From a bacterium (GTDB lineage Bacteria; Patescibacteriota; Minisyncoccia; UBA6257; GWB1-50-10): a stretch of 64,000 bases of DNA. A program made the translations under genes and the position numbers. The notes beneath the pieces are model-generated. The model saw nothing but the letters and a program-made list of their open reading frames with translations, had not been told where the DNA came from and did no database searches. The stretch covers positions 21,259-85,258 of the forward strand of contig JAJYWR010000005.1 of assembly GCA_021791395.1 (NCBI GenBank), written 5' to 3'. Below, one piece after another: positions 35,111 to 45,262 of the stretch (positions are counted from its first letter, which is position 1; each line of letters begins with the position of its first letter).

Positions 35111-37336
35111 ATGGAACACATGAACGCCGACTTTTCGAAGCCGTACGACCCGAAAGCGACCGAGTCCATGATCTACCAACAATGGCTCGATTCCGGCTAT
35201 TTCAATCCGGACAATTTAAAAATTAAAAATCCAAAAATCCAAAATTATGTAGTGTACATGCCCCTCCCGAACGTGACAGGAACACTCCACATGGGGCACG
35301 CTTTGGACAATACCGGATCGGATATTTTGGTCCGGTACTACCGCATGAAGGGCTTCCGGACACTCTGGCTTCCCGGAACCGATCATGCCGGCATCGCGAC
35401 GCAATACAAAGTTGAAAAAGAATTGCGCAAGGAGGGCGCCTCCCGGTTCGAGCTGGGACGAGAGAAATTTATCGAGCGCGTCTGGAAGTGGAAAGAAGAG
35501 TACGGCGGCATTATCATCGATCAACTCAAAAAACTGGGCGCCTCGGCCGATTGGTCGCGCCTTCGGTTCACGATGGACCCGGATTATACCAAGGATGTCC
35601 TCTCGGCTTTCGTTCATTACTACGAAAAAGGCCTCATTTATCGCGGCGAGCGCACGGTCAACTGGTGCCCGCGCTGTGGTACCAGCCTTTCCGAACTCGA
35701 GCTCGAGCATCAGGAAGAAAAAGGGTCACTGTGGTACATCAAATACCCGCTCATCGATACCAAACACGAAATACCTAATACAAAATACATTATTGTAGCC
35801 ACAACGCGCCCCGAGACCATGCTCGGCGACACTGCCGTCGCCGTGAATCCGAACGACAAGCGGTATGCGAAATTCATCGGGAAAACCATACGGCTCCCCC
35901 TCACCAATCGGGAGATACCGATCGTCGCCGACTTGAAGATAGATCCCGGATTCGGAACGGGGGCCGTGAAGGTCACGCCGGCGCACGATATCCTTGATTT
36001 TGAGATCGGCGGGCGGCACAAGCTCGCATCGATTCAAGTCATCGATGAACGGGGGAAAATGAACGCGAACGCCGGATCGTATGCCGGCATGAAAACGGAA
36101 GAGGCCCGGAAAGCGATCGTCGAACGACTGGCATCCGAGGGGCTGCTCGAAAAAGAGGAGTCTTATGTGCACAACATTACCATCTGCTATCGCTGCGGAC
36201 ACGTCATCGAGCCGATCCCCTCAATGCAATGGTTCCTTCAGATGGACAAGCTTGCCGCAAACGCCTTGAAGACGGTTCAATCTGGTAAAGTGGACATTCA
36301 GCCAGAAAATTTTCAAAAAATCTATTTCGATTGGTTAGAAAACATACGTGATTGGACGATCTCACGCCAATTGTGGTGGGGGCACCAGCTTCCTGTTTGG
36401 TTTTGTAAAAACCAAACAGGAAGCTCCAATTCTCAATTTCTAATTTCTAATAAAAATTTATCAGCCGAAGACTTCGTGGTATCCGTGGAAAAACCGGCAA
36501 CGTGTCCAATTTGTAAAAATTGCGACATGATCAAATCCCCCGACGTTCTCGATACCTGGTTCTCGTCGGCTCTGTGGCCCTTTGCCGGTCTTTCAGAATC
36601 CGACCGGAAAAATTATTATCCCGGCAACTTTGTTTCGAATGCACGCGACATTTTAAATCTCTGGGATGCCCGCATGATATTTTCCGGACTTGAATTTATG
36701 GGAAAGCCGCCTTTCCAAAATGTTTTCGTCCACGGTACCATCCTCACAAAAGACGGCAAGCGCATGTCGAAAAGCTTGGGAACCGGTATTGATCCGTTGA
36801 AATACATCGACCAATACGGCGCGGATGCGACGCGCTTCGCCGTCATCTGGCAGGCAAACGGTCAAGACATCCACTGGGACGAAGCGGCGGTCATGGCCGG
36901 CAGAAAATTTTGCAACAAGATATGGAACGCATCCCGCTTCGTCTTGGAACGAAGCGGAAACTCGAAATTCGACCTGCCTCTGCAGACAGAAACTCAAAAT
37001 TCATTGACCCCGCAGACCGAGGCCGATAAAAAAATACTGGCGAAACTCGCAGAAGTGAAAAAACAAACCGAGCGATACATTGAAACATTCGAATTTGCAA
37101 AGGCGCTCCAAAATCTTTACGACTTCTTTTGGCACGATTTCTGCGATATTTATCTCGAAGAATCAAAAGGACAGATCGCTGATGAGAAAACGGGGTCTTC
37201 CACGCAAGCGATTTTGCGGAATGCCCTTGTTGAGTCTCTTAAAATGCTCCATCCGTTCATGCCGTTCGTAACTGAAGCCGTCTATCAAAACCTCGACGAG
37301 CGGAGCAATCAATTCCTCATGACAACCGAATGGTGA
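35111..37336 (+). CDS. valS: valine--tRNA ligase (741 aa; appears to lack the long C-terminal coiled-coil of many bacterial ValRS)
   Basis: It carries PNVTGTLHMGHA, the editing motif ATTRPETMLGDTAVAVNP, and KMSKSLGT. Confidence 0.95.
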   Translation: MEHMNADFSKPYDPKATESMIYQQWLDSGYFNPDNLKIKNPKIQNYVVYMPLPNVTGTLHMGHALDNTGSDILVRYYRMKGFRTLWLPGTDHAGIATQYKVEKELRKEGASRFELGREKFIERVWKWKEEYGGIIIDQLKKLGASADWSRLRFTMDPDYTKDVLSAFVHYYEKGLIYRGERTVNWCPRCGTSLSELELEHQEEKGSLWYIKYPLIDTKHEIPNTKYIIVATTRPETMLGDTAVAVNPNDKRYAKFIGKTIRLPLTNREIPIVADLKIDPGFGTGAVKVTPAHDILDFEIGGRHKLASIQVIDERGKMNANAGSYAGMKTEEARKAIVERLASEGLLEKEESYVHNITICYRCGHVIEPIPSMQWFLQMDKLAANALKTVQSGKVDIQPENFQKIYFDWLENIRDWTISRQLWWGHQLPVWFCKNQTGSSNSQFLISNKNLSAEDFVVSVEKPATCPICKNCDMIKSPDVLDTWFSSALWPFAGLSESDRKNYYPGNFVSNARDILNLWDARMIFSGLEFMGKPPFQNVFVHGTILTKDGKRMSKSLGTGIDPLKYIDQYGADATRFAVIWQANGQDIHWDEAAVMAGRKFCNKIWNASRFVLERSGNSKFDLPLQTETQNSLTPQTEADKKILAKLAEVKKQTERYIETFEFAKALQNLYDFFWHDFCDIYLEESKGQIADEKTGSSTQAILRNALVESLKMLHPFMPFVTEAVYQNLDERSNQFLMTTEW
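35213..35247 (+). repeat. in-frame A-rich array inside valS (AAAAATCC x2 core)
   Basis: The sequence is AATTTAAAAATTAAAAATCCAAAAATCCAAAATTA, translated as NLKIKNPKIQNY. It lies just before the HIGH region. Confidence 0.85.
35761..35793 (+). repeat. in-frame AAACAC..AAATAC module inside valS
   Basis: The sequence CAAACACGAAATACCTAATACAAAATAC matches tsaD 34210..34237 at 24/28 positions. It is translated as TKHEIPNTKY, just before ATTRPET. Confidence 0.85.
36427..36461 (+). repeat. in-frame heptamer array (CAATTTC/TAATTTC-type) inside valS
   Basis: The units are CAATTCT CAATTTC TAATTTC TAATAAA AATTTAT, translated as SNSQFLISNKNL. It shares the 15-mer TCCAATTCTCAATTT with tsaD. Confidence 0.9.
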
Positions 37337-38031
37337 CCGACTACCTCAACCTGATCCCGGTATTCGTAATTGCCGCTATCCCGGCCCTCGTCTGGCTTCT
37401 CTTTTTTCTGAAAGAGGATTTGCATCCGGAGCCGAAAAAGATGCTCGCCATAACGTTCCTTGCGGGTATGGCATCGAGCATTCCCGTCCTCTTCATCGAG
37501 CTCGTGTTTCAAAAAATAGCCGTCACGCCGCTCCACAGCATTCTCCTCTTCATCATCGGCATCGCTATCATCGAAGAAGTTTTTAAATTCTTTGCGACCT
37601 ATCTCGTCAACGCAGAAAGCAAGTACCTCGACGAGCCCATTGATGCCATGATCTACATGATTACGGCCGCCTTGGGTTTCGCGACGATAGAAAATTTCTT
37701 CGTCGTACGGAACAGCCTCGACATCGTGAACCTGAAGACCATTTTCGACATGTTGAATGCAGTTTCCCTCCGCTTCGTCGGCGCTACGCTTCTCCACGCG
37801 CTTGCTTCTGGCATCGTCGGCTACTACTGGGCGCTCGACCGTTTCAAGAAAAAGCGCGGAGCGGTTTTGGTCGGCCTTTTTATAGCAGCTGCGGTCCATG
37901 CGATTTTCAACTTCTTCGTCGTACAATTCCAATCAAGTGATATTTTCTACCCGACGTTTTTTCTCGTCTTCATCGCATTTTGGGTCCTTGCCGACTTTGA
38001 GCGTACCAAAAGAATAAGCAACGGTGTATAA
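37330..38031 (+). CDS. PrsW-family intramembrane protease
   Basis: It is multi-pass and carries IIEEVFKFFA, ALGFATIENF and GATLLHALASG. It overlaps the valS stop. Confidence 0.75.
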   Translation: MVTDYLNLIPVFVIAAIPALVWLLFFLKEDLHPEPKKMLAITFLAGMASSIPVLFIELVFQKIAVTPLHSILLFIIGIAIIEEVFKFFATYLVNAESKYLDEPIDAMIYMITAALGFATIENFFVVRNSLDIVNLKTIFDMLNAVSLRFVGATLLHALASGIVGYYWALDRFKKKRGAVLVGLFIAAAVHAIFNFFVVQFQSSDIFYPTFFLVFIAFWVLADFERTKRISNGV

Positions 38032-38485
38032 TGGAAACATGGACGAAGAAAATAAAGGCAGCGATATTTTTGTGGAACTCGCCAAAGTGAAGAGCGATCC
38101 GGTTCCCATTACCATCGAGGATGATAAAACTCCCGCCCCTTCCGATGAGGGCGAAGGGACGCTGACCGTTGACGTATACGACGACGGAGATGATATTGTG
38201 GTTCAATCAACCGTTGCCGGCGTCGATGACGACGATCTTGAAATCAACATCACAACAGAATCGGTGACCGTGAAGGGCACCCGGAAACAGGAAAAGAAAA
38301 TCGAAGAAAAGAATTATTTTTACCAGGAACTTTTTTGGGGATCGTTTTCCCGATCAATCATCCTTCCGCAGGAAGTCGATCCGGACCACTCGACGGCAAA
38401 TCTTTCAAAGGGCATTTTGACCATCCGAATGCCGAAACTCACCCGCTCGAAGACGAAAAAATTGAAGGTGAAGGCGGCAGACTAA
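38024..38485 (+). CDS. Hsp20/alpha-crystallin family small heat-shock protein
   Basis: The alpha-crystallin core is LTVDVYDDGDDIVVQSTVAGVDDDDLEINI...GSFSRSIILPQEVD...GILTIRMPK. Confidence 0.85.
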   Translation: MYNGNMDEENKGSDIFVELAKVKSDPVPITIEDDKTPAPSDEGEGTLTVDVYDDGDDIVVQSTVAGVDDDDLEINITTESVTVKGTRKQEKKIEEKNYFYQELFWGSFSRSIILPQEVDPDHSTANLSKGILTIRMPKLTRSKTKKLKVKAAD

Positions 38486-38507
38486 AGCTCGCCAATCACT
38501 TTTCGGC

Positions 38508-39944
38508 TTACAAGTATTTCCGTATATATTCGTTGAATTTTTCTCCACGGTCGAATTCGTTCTTGAATTTTTCGAAGCTTGCGGCGCCGGGAGAAAAGAG
38601 AATCGTGCAGGGAAGGGCATAGAATTTGGGGAGCAAAGCTTTTATCTTTTCCACAATCAACTCAAGATCCTCGAAGGTTTGGGGTCTTTCTTTCTTAAAA
38701 TATTTCAACCGATCAAGCTCGGCGATCAATCTCTTCGTCGCACCGCCGCTCAAGAAAAAGACGTTTTCCGGCACAAGCGTATTCTGTATTTCTCTGGCAA
38801 GCGGCTTGAAATCGAGGTTCTTGTCGGTTCCGCCGGTCATTAAAATCAGCCGTCCGTCGCCGTGAAATCTTCGGATGGCGGCTACCACGGCGTCGGGTGA
38901 TGTTGCTGCTGAGTCATTGATCACCCTTAAGCCTTCTTTTTCTAAAATCGTTTCCTCCCGATACTTTATCTCCGGCAAACTCCTCACTGCCGCCGCGATC
39001 TCGAACCAAGAAATGCCGGCGAGGTGCGCAGCAAGGGCTGCAGCCATGAGATTCATCACATTATGCTCTCCCCTCTTTCGAGTCAACAAAACCGCACTTT
39101 CCGATATCACCTCTTCACTCCGTCCATTTTCTTGAAAAAACAAAGATCCCTTCTTTAGAAAAATCCCGTTCTTGCTTTTCGGCAAGTGTTTCAGGGAAAA
39201 GAAATAAATCTTCGCCTTCGGACGCAGCTTCAGAAAAAATCCGGTCCATCGGTTGTCATCATTCAAGATCAACCTTTGATCTCTCTTTTGTCCCTTGAAT
39301 ATGCCCGCTTTTGCGCGCGCATAGCTTTTCATTCCCTTATAGCGATTCAAATGGTCTGAATAGAGGTTCGTTATGACGGCGATTTCCGGCGCATACTTTG
39401 ACCCTGGCAAGCGCTCCAAGTGCCAGGACGAAAGTTCGACGACCACCGGCATTTTCTTGCTTTTCAGCCGATCCGCCAAATCGAGGAGCGCAAGATTCGA
39501 TGAATTTCCCGCAACGGCAACGCTTTTATTCCTCGTCCGCAAAAAATGGGCTATCCAATTCGTCGTGGTTGTTTTTCCCCGGGTTCCCGTGACGGCGATC
39601 ACCGGATTTTCCACGACGTCAAAGAATATCCGCGCGTCATTTATTAAAAGTCGCTTATGTTTCTTTGCAACCGCGAGATATTCGTTTTCGCGCCGCACGG
39701 CTGGGTTTACGATGATAACATCGTTCCGTTCGAAATCATCTTTCCGATGCTCGCCAAGGACGAACTTTATTTTCCTTGCCGAGCTTCCGAGCGATCGGAT
39801 CGAATCGGCAAGTTCACTTTTCGTCCGCACGTCAGTCACGGTAACGCGGGCGCCATGGCGCACGAGCCACTTGGCCGTCGCAACGCCACCGCCCAAGATC
39901 CCGAGCCCCATCACCAGAACTTTTTTACCCTTGAAATTCATCAT
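38508..39944 (-). CDS. murD: UDP-N-acetylmuramoylalanine--D-glutamate ligase
   Basis: It has an N-terminal Rossmann motif (VLVMGLGILGGG) and an ATP-binding loop (AVTGTRGKTTT). Confidence 0.9.
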   Translation of the reverse strand: MMNFKGKKVLVMGLGILGGGVATAKWLVRHGARVTVTDVRTKSELADSIRSLGSSARKIKFVLGEHRKDDFERNDVIIVNPAVRRENEYLAVAKKHKRLLINDARIFFDVVENPVIAVTGTRGKTTTTNWIAHFLRTRNKSVAVAGNSSNLALLDLADRLKSKKMPVVVELSSWHLERLPGSKYAPEIAVITNLYSDHLNRYKGMKSYARAKAGIFKGQKRDQRLILNDDNRWTGFFLKLRPKAKIYFFSLKHLPKSKNGIFLKKGSLFFQENGRSEEVISESAVLLTRKRGEHNVMNLMAAALAAHLAGISWFEIAAAVRSLPEIKYREETILEKEGLRVINDSAATSPDAVVAAIRRFHGDGRLILMTGGTDKNLDFKPLAREIQNTLVPENVFFLSGGATKRLIAELDRLKYFKKERPQTFEDLELIVEKIKALLPKFYALPCTILFSPGAASFEKFKNEFDRGEKFNEYIRKYL

Positions 39945-39957
39945 TGGTAATTATAAG

Positions 39958-40097
39958 CGAAAAGCCGCATTACTTCTCAGCACCGGGCGTTCATTGGCTC
40001 CAGCGGCCGATGCCGCCCTACGCCCTCGGCCCACAATCCCTTTCGGGGAACTAAACCCGCTCGCTTCCGGAAGCTGCTTCGAAATAATGCGGCTTTC
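39958..40097. repeat. GC-rich long-hairpin intergenic repeat, family 2
   Basis: Terminal inverted repeats are AAGCCGCATTA and TAATGCGGCTT. The core at 39978..40029 matches 58137..58188 at about 43/52 positions. Confidence 0.8.
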
Positions 40098-40119
40098 TCT
40101 TCCCTACTCCTATTTCTCC

Positions 40120-42087
40120 TTAAAGGAACGGAACAATGAGGAGGGCTACAATGTTGATAACCTTAATCAACGGATTGATCGCGGGACCTGCGGTATCCTT
40201 GTAAGGATCGCCGACGGTATCTCCGGTAACGGCGGCCTTGTGAGCATCCGATCCCTTGCCACCGAAGTTGCCCGATTCGATGTATTTCTTTGCATTATCC
40301 CACGCGGCTCCGCCAGAAGTCATGGAAATCGCGATAAAAAGTCCCGAGACGATTGTACCAATCAAGAACCCGCCGAGGGCCTCCTTTCCCAAAATGAATC
40401 CCACGAGGAGCACCATGACGACCGGCAAAAGCGCCGGGACAATCATTTCTCGGAGAGCCGACTTCGTCACGATGTCGACGGCCTTCTTGTAATCGGGTTT
40501 TGCCGAACCTTCGAGAAGCCCCTTGATTTCCCGAAACTGCCTTCGGATTTCTTCGACAATCGAGCCGGCCGCCTTGCCGACCGATTTCATGGCCATCGAT
40601 CCGAATAGGTAGGGGATCGAAGCTCCTAAAATGAGGCCGATTAAGACGTATGGGTTTTGGATGTCGAACGTGACATTCGAAGAGATCTTTTGAACCGCGT
40701 CCGTGTATGCGCTAAAGAGCACAAGTGCGGCGAGCCCGGCCGATGCGATGGCATATCCTTTCGTTACCGCTTTCGTGGTGTTCCCGACGGCATCCAAGGC
40801 GTCCGTGATCTTCCGGACCTCTTCCGGAGCACCGCTCATTTCGGCGATACCGCCGGCATTATCCGTGATTGGCCCAAATGAATCAATGGAAACAATGATG
40901 CCGGCAACGGAAAGCATCGAAACAGCGGCGATGGCGACGCCATAGATGCCCGCAAGCAAGTACGATCCAATAATGCCGGCAACGATGACAAGAATCGGCA
41001 AGAAGGTCGCTTCCATACCAACCGAAAGGCCAATAATGATGTTTGTTCCGTGTCCCGATTTCGAAGCATCGGCGATGTTCTTCACCGGCTTGTACTTTTT
41101 CGAAGTGTAATAATCCGTGATGATAACCATGAGCGCCGTCACGAGAAGACCGATGAGGCTCGAAAAGAATATATTCATAGCATTCCCTCCCATGAATGAC
41201 TGAGCGGCAAAATAGAACAAAATCGCTGCCACAATCAAGGCGACAGTGAGCCCTTTGTAGAGCGCGCCCATAATCGATTCGCTCTTGCCAAGTTTTACAA
41301 AGAAACTTCCGATGATTGAAGCAATAATCGCAAGGCCGCCCATGACGAGCGGAAAGATGAGTTGGGCGCCGGAAAGCGCAAGTGCGCTTCCGATCAAGAT
41401 CGAAGCGGTTAAAGTTACCGCATACGTCTCAAAAAGGTCGGCAGCCATGCCGGCGCAGTCGCCGACATTGTCGCCGACATTGTCGGCGATCACGCCCGGA
41501 TTCCGCGGATCATCTTCCGGAATCCCGGCTTCAACTTTCCCGACCAAATCGGTCCCGACATCCGCTGCTTTTGTAAAAATGCCGCCGCCAAGGCGGGCAA
41601 AAACCGAAATCAAACTTGCGCCGAATCCAAGGCCAATCAAACTCCGGATATCATGTGTTAAGAGAAAAAATCCCGAGACTGCAAGGAGACCGACGCCGAC
41701 AACAAGGAGTCCCGTGACCGATCCGGCCTTAAAGGCGAGCGAAAGCGCCGATTTCAACCCATGGCTTGCCGCATCCGTCGTTTTCGCGTTCGACCGGACG
41801 GCAACGCTCATACCGAGAAATCCAGCGAGAGCCGACGCGATGGCGCCGACCAAAAATCCGACGGCCGTAAGCCAGCCGAGTGCGAGATAAATTGCAACGA
41901 AAAGGACAACTGCAACAATGCCGACCGTCTTGTACTGCCGACCGAGATATGCGGACGACCCTTCTTGAATCGCTCTCGAAATCTCCTTCATTTTGTCGCT
42001 TCCCGAACTCTGCTTTTTGAGCCATAACGCGAGGTATGCAGTATAGAAAACCGCAAGAACTACAGGACCGAAAATCAAATAATTCAT
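40120..42087 (-). CDS. hppA: membrane-integral (H+/Na+)-translocating pyrophosphatase
   Basis: It is a 655-aa multi-pass protein with [38 protein letters not shown] and [15 protein letters not shown]. Confidence 0.95.
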   Translation of the reverse strand: MNYLIFGPVVLAVFYTAYLALWLKKQSSGSDKMKEISRAIQEGSSAYLGRQYKTVGIVAVVLFVAIYLALGWLTAVGFLVGAIASALAGFLGMSVAVRSNAKTTDAASHGLKSALSLAFKAGSVTGLLVVGVGLLAVSGFFLLTHDIRSLIGLGFGASLISVFARLGGGIFTKAADVGTDLVGKVEAGIPEDDPRNPGVIADNVGDNVGDCAGMAADLFETYAVTLTASILIGSALALSGAQLIFPLVMGGLAIIASIIGSFFVKLGKSESIMGALYKGLTVALIVAAILFYFAAQSFMGGNAMNIFFSSLIGLLVTALMVIITDYYTSKKYKPVKNIADASKSGHGTNIIIGLSVGMEATFLPILVIVAGIIGSYLLAGIYGVAIAAVSMLSVAGIIVSIDSFGPITDNAGGIAEMSGAPEEVRKITDALDAVGNTTKAVTKGYAIASAGLAALVLFSAYTDAVQKISSNVTFDIQNPYVLIGLILGASIPYLFGSMAMKSVGKAAGSIVEEIRRQFREIKGLLEGSAKPDYKKAVDIVTKSALREMIVPALLPVVMVLLVGFILGKEALGGFLIGTIVSGLFIAISMTSGGAAWDNAKKYIESGNFGGKGSDAHKAAVTGDTVGDPYKDTAGPAINPLIKVINIVALLIVPFL

Positions 42088-42108
42088 GATTTTGATTAAT
42101 TATTGATA

Positions 42109-43401
42109 TTATTGTTTGACTTCTTTTTTATTTTCTTTGTTTTCATTTCCTAAAACATCAACGTCGAGCTTCGGATTGTCCTCGTCTTCATCGTCGACGG
42201 TCGCTTCTTCTACCACACTTGCTGTCACTTCACCGTCGTCGTCACCCATGCCGCCGCTCGCTGCAACGCCGCCTTCTTGAACTTCTTCCGGATTCGACTG
42301 CGACCGGACGTCGATCTTCCAACCCGTAAGCTTCGCCGCAAGACGGACATTTTGTCCGCCCTTGCCGATCGCGAGCGACAGCTGATCCTCGGGAACGAGG
42401 ACTTTTGCTTCGCGCCGCGGCAGAACATCGATTGATTTTACCTTCGCCGGTGAGAGTGCACTTGGAATGAATTTCGCCGGTTCGTCGGACCACTCGACAA
42501 CATCGACTTTTTCGTTGCCAAGCTCATTCGTCACCGCCATGACCCGCGTCCCCCGCTGACCGACGGCGGCGCCGACCGGATCAATACCTTCCTCATTCGA
42601 AGCGACAGCCACTTTCGTACGCGAACCTGCTTCGCGCGCGATGCTCTTAATCACGACCGTGCCGTCCGCAATCTCCGGCACTTCGAGTTCGAAGAGTTTC
42701 ATGACGAAGTTCGGATGCGAGCGCGAAAGAACGATGCCCGGACGGCGCGCATCGTCTTGAACCGCCAAAACATAGAATCGCATCCGGTCACCCACTCGGT
42801 AGTGCTCACCGGGGATACTTTCATTCGGATACATGATCCCCATTGCCCGGCCGAGGTTCACATACACGTTTCCACGCTCAAACCGCTGGATTTGCCCACT
42901 CATAATTTCCCCTTCCTTGCTTGCAAACTCCTCCTTGATGGATGAGCGTTCCGCCTCGCGGATGGATTGCAGAACCACTTGCTTTGCCGTCTGCGCCGCA
43001 ATGCGGCCGAAGTCACTCTTTCCTTCGAGCGGGAATTCCAGTTCGTCGCCGGATTTCACATCCGCCTTGACCTTCTTCGCGTCTTCGATGAGGATCTGCC
43101 GATCCGCATTAAACCGCGGAAGGGCTTCTTCTCCTTCTTGATGTTCGGGCCTTTCAACCTCTTCGGCTCCTCCCTCGACGATCGTAACCTCGGACGGATC
43201 AACGACCGTTTTTACTTGGAAAAATTCGAGGTCTCCGGTCTTCAAATTGAATTTGGCCCGGACAATCTCCGACTTCTTCCGATACTCCTTTTTGTACGCG
43301 GCAGCGATCGCCGCTTCAATCGCGCCGATGACTTTTTCCGGCGCTATCCCCTTTTCCGCAGCGATTTGTTCGACCGCGCTTGCTAATTGTTTTAAGTCCA
43401 T
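42109..43401 (-). CDS. nusA: transcription termination/antitermination factor NusA
   Basis: It has the N-terminal domain, an S1 domain (GQIQRFERGNVYVNLG), two KH domains (AVGQRGTRV, AIGKGGQNVRLA), and an acidic/Lys-rich tail. Confidence 0.95.
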   Translation of the reverse strand: MDLKQLASAVEQIAAEKGIAPEKVIGAIEAAIAAAYKKEYRKKSEIVRAKFNLKTGDLEFFQVKTVVDPSEVTIVEGGAEEVERPEHQEGEEALPRFNADRQILIEDAKKVKADVKSGDELEFPLEGKSDFGRIAAQTAKQVVLQSIREAERSSIKEEFASKEGEIMSGQIQRFERGNVYVNLGRAMGIMYPNESIPGEHYRVGDRMRFYVLAVQDDARRPGIVLSRSHPNFVMKLFELEVPEIADGTVVIKSIAREAGSRTKVAVASNEEGIDPVGAAVGQRGTRVMAVTNELGNEKVDVVEWSDEPAKFIPSALSPAKVKSIDVLPRREAKVLVPEDQLSLAIGKGGQNVRLAAKLTGWKIDVRSQSNPEEVQEGGVAASGGMGDDDGEVTASVVEEATVDDEDEDNPKLDVDVLGNENKENKKEVKQ

Positions 43402-43511
43402 AGGCGTATTTAAAATTTTGACCGCTCACTCGAGCGGCCTTTACGTCAATACTTTACCACAACCCCCCGAAAAAGACAAGCCGCTCTTTGAGTTTATACA
43501 ACACATTAAAT

Positions 43512-44150
43512 TTAAATATTTGTCAATATATCCTCTTTTGTAAATTCACCGACTCGCGTACGTACGAGTTCCGCGACATACCCGCCGACACCCAAAGTAT
43601 CCCCCACGTCCCGGGCAAGCGATCGGACGTATACGCCGGGGCCGGTTACAACTTTCAATTCCAGATACGGCGGATTATATGAAAGGATTTTGATCGAAAA
43701 AATTTTCACGCGGCGCGAATTCATCTCGGGTATTTTTCCGCGGCGCGCGAGCTTATATGCCGGCACGCCTTTTATTTTCAGGGCACTGTATACCGGCGGT
43801 ACTTGGTCGACGACGCCGACGAACGACGGTAAAATTTTTTCAATGCGCTCGATATCCGGAAAACGTTCCCGCTCGACAATTTCTTTTTCCCCTTCTTCAT
43901 CGCCCGTCGTGCTCCGCACGCCGAGCCTTATCTTTACGAGATATTCTTTTTCTTCCCCTGCCGCCATATTGAGTCGCTTCGTTGCTGCGCGCCCAACGCC
44001 GACGACGAGGATGCCCGACGCCAATGGATCGAGTGTCCCCGCGTGCCCGATCTTTCTTGTCCCCATTTTCTTTTTCAATCGATTGAGGAACTCAGCCGAT
44101 GTCGGTCCCTTCGGTTTCCACGCGGCGAATATTTCACCTCCCTCATTCAT
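43512..44150 (-). CDS. truB: tRNA pseudouridine(55) synthase
   Basis: The catalytic motif is GHAGTLDPLASGILVVGVG. Confidence 0.9.
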   Translation of the reverse strand: MNEGGEIFAAWKPKGPTSAEFLNRLKKKMGTRKIGHAGTLDPLASGILVVGVGRAATKRLNMAAGEEKEYLVKIRLGVRSTTGDEEGEKEIVERERFPDIERIEKILPSFVGVVDQVPPVYSALKIKGVPAYKLARRGKIPEMNSRRVKIFSIKILSYNPPYLELKVVTGPGVYVRSLARDVGDTLGVGGYVAELVRTRVGEFTKEDILTNI

Positions 44151-44153
44151 GTG

Positions 44154-44519
44154 TTAAATATTTTCGTAATGTTTCACGTCGAACCCATTTCCCCAATTCT
44201 TCGTGAGCGCAATGACGTCGAGTCGCCATCCTTTTTTGTCGTCGATTAATTCTTCATGGGCTCCCGCATATACTCGCGCCGCTCTCGTAAATTTCTCAAT
44301 CTTTGATTTTGTCATCTGCTCTTCCGCTTCGATGCCGGGACCGACAACCGTTTTTACTTCGACGAAGACCAGTACCTTGTCCGGCGCGACGGCAACGATA
44401 TCGAGTTCCCCCCATTTTTTTCTGTTATTTCTTTCAATGATACGCCAACCGATCTTTTGCAAATATCTCGAAGCAAAATTTTCTCCCCGTCTTCCCAATT
44501 CGGATCTTCCATCCCTCAT
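44154..44519 (-). CDS. YraN-family (UPF0102) predicted endonuclease
   Basis: It carries GENFASRYLQKIGWRIIERN...GELDIVA...VFVEVK. The ORF is trimmed to MRDGRSELG. Confidence 0.8.
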   Translation of the reverse strand: MRDGRSELGRRGENFASRYLQKIGWRIIERNNRKKWGELDIVAVAPDKVLVFVEVKTVVGPGIEAEEQMTKSKIEKFTRAARVYAGAHEELIDDKKGWRLDVIALTKNWGNGFDVKHYENI

Positions 44520-44620
44520 ATATAAACTATACATCGAAAGCGTTGACATCAAAAAGCTGCCGTAATAAAGTAATGAAAGTTTATAAAAATCAAAATCATC
44601 TCACGAAAGGTAGGTGCGAA

Positions 44621-45262
44621 ATGAGAATCATTTTCCTGGTAGCCGCATTGTTTTTATCGGGATGCGCTTCGTCATTCTTTTCGGGCAAAAATCATGAACC
44701 TCTTCCGGAAAAGTTCTATGCCACCATCACAACCAAGGACGGCTACGGTTCCTCAATAAATCTCGGGGAAGGATATTTTTTATCCTGCAGCCACGTCATC
44801 AGAAACGATGCCGGCAAATTCGATAAAAAAATATGCCTGATGGAAGAATTCAAAACCGGACCTAAAATAGATTCTTCGGTAACGATAATTTCTGTAGACA
44901 CCCTCAATGATCTGGTACTTCTCAAATCTTCGAAATTGATCAATAAAACGAACATCAGATTCGCTCACGATCCTGTCCTTGAAAGGGTATATTGGGTTCA
45001 GCCGGCATTCTATTCAGATGGCAATCTTTTCTTTTTTGTATCCGGCAGGATATCCGGCTTCAATCCCGGGAATGTATTCCTCGATAAACCTGTTTTCGAT
45101 GGAGCTTCCGGTACTGGCATATTTGATAGAAATGGCAATTTAGTTGGCATGGCCCAAAGTACATTCATATATAGTAAGAATCTTCTGTTTGGTTCTTTGG
45201 CTAGTCCCCAAAAAATAGAGAAATTTCTGATCAAAAATAGAATAAAAATCCCCAAAATATGA
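44621..45262 (+). CDS. trypsin-like serine protease family lipoprotein (candidate)
   Basis: The ORF is trimmed to MRIIFLVAALFLSGCAS (a lipobox). Candidate triad residues are CSHVIRN, NDLVLLK and FDGASGTGIFD. GC is lower than in neighbouring genes. Confidence 0.55.
   Translation: MRIIFLVAALFLSGCASSFFSGKNHEPLPEKFYATITTKDGYGSSINLGEGYFLSCSHVIRNDAGKFDKKICLMEEFKTGPKIDSSVTIISVDTLNDLVLLKSSKLINKTNIRFAHDPVLERVYWVQPAFYSDGNLFFFVSGRISGFNPGNVFLDKPVFDGASGTGIFDRNGNLVGMAQSTFIYSKNLLFGSLASPQKIEKFLIKNRIKIPKI

Noticed and set aside
34178-36461. The short tandem arrays considered as CRISPR or as simple sequencing or assembly slippage
   Set aside because: The units are 7-8 nt with no spacers, so this is not CRISPR. 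The arrays keep the reading frame of essential genes and share specific unit variants between genes. That is hard to explain by random assembly error, although read-level verification is still advised.
37309-37932. 207-aa minus-strand ORF
   Set aside because: It is antisense to the PrsW-family gene, which has clear family motifs and translational coupling to valS.
39373-40608. 411-aa plus-strand ORF
   Set aside because: It is antisense to murD and hppA and crosses the intergenic repeat. No motifs were recognised, so I treat it as a shadow ORF.
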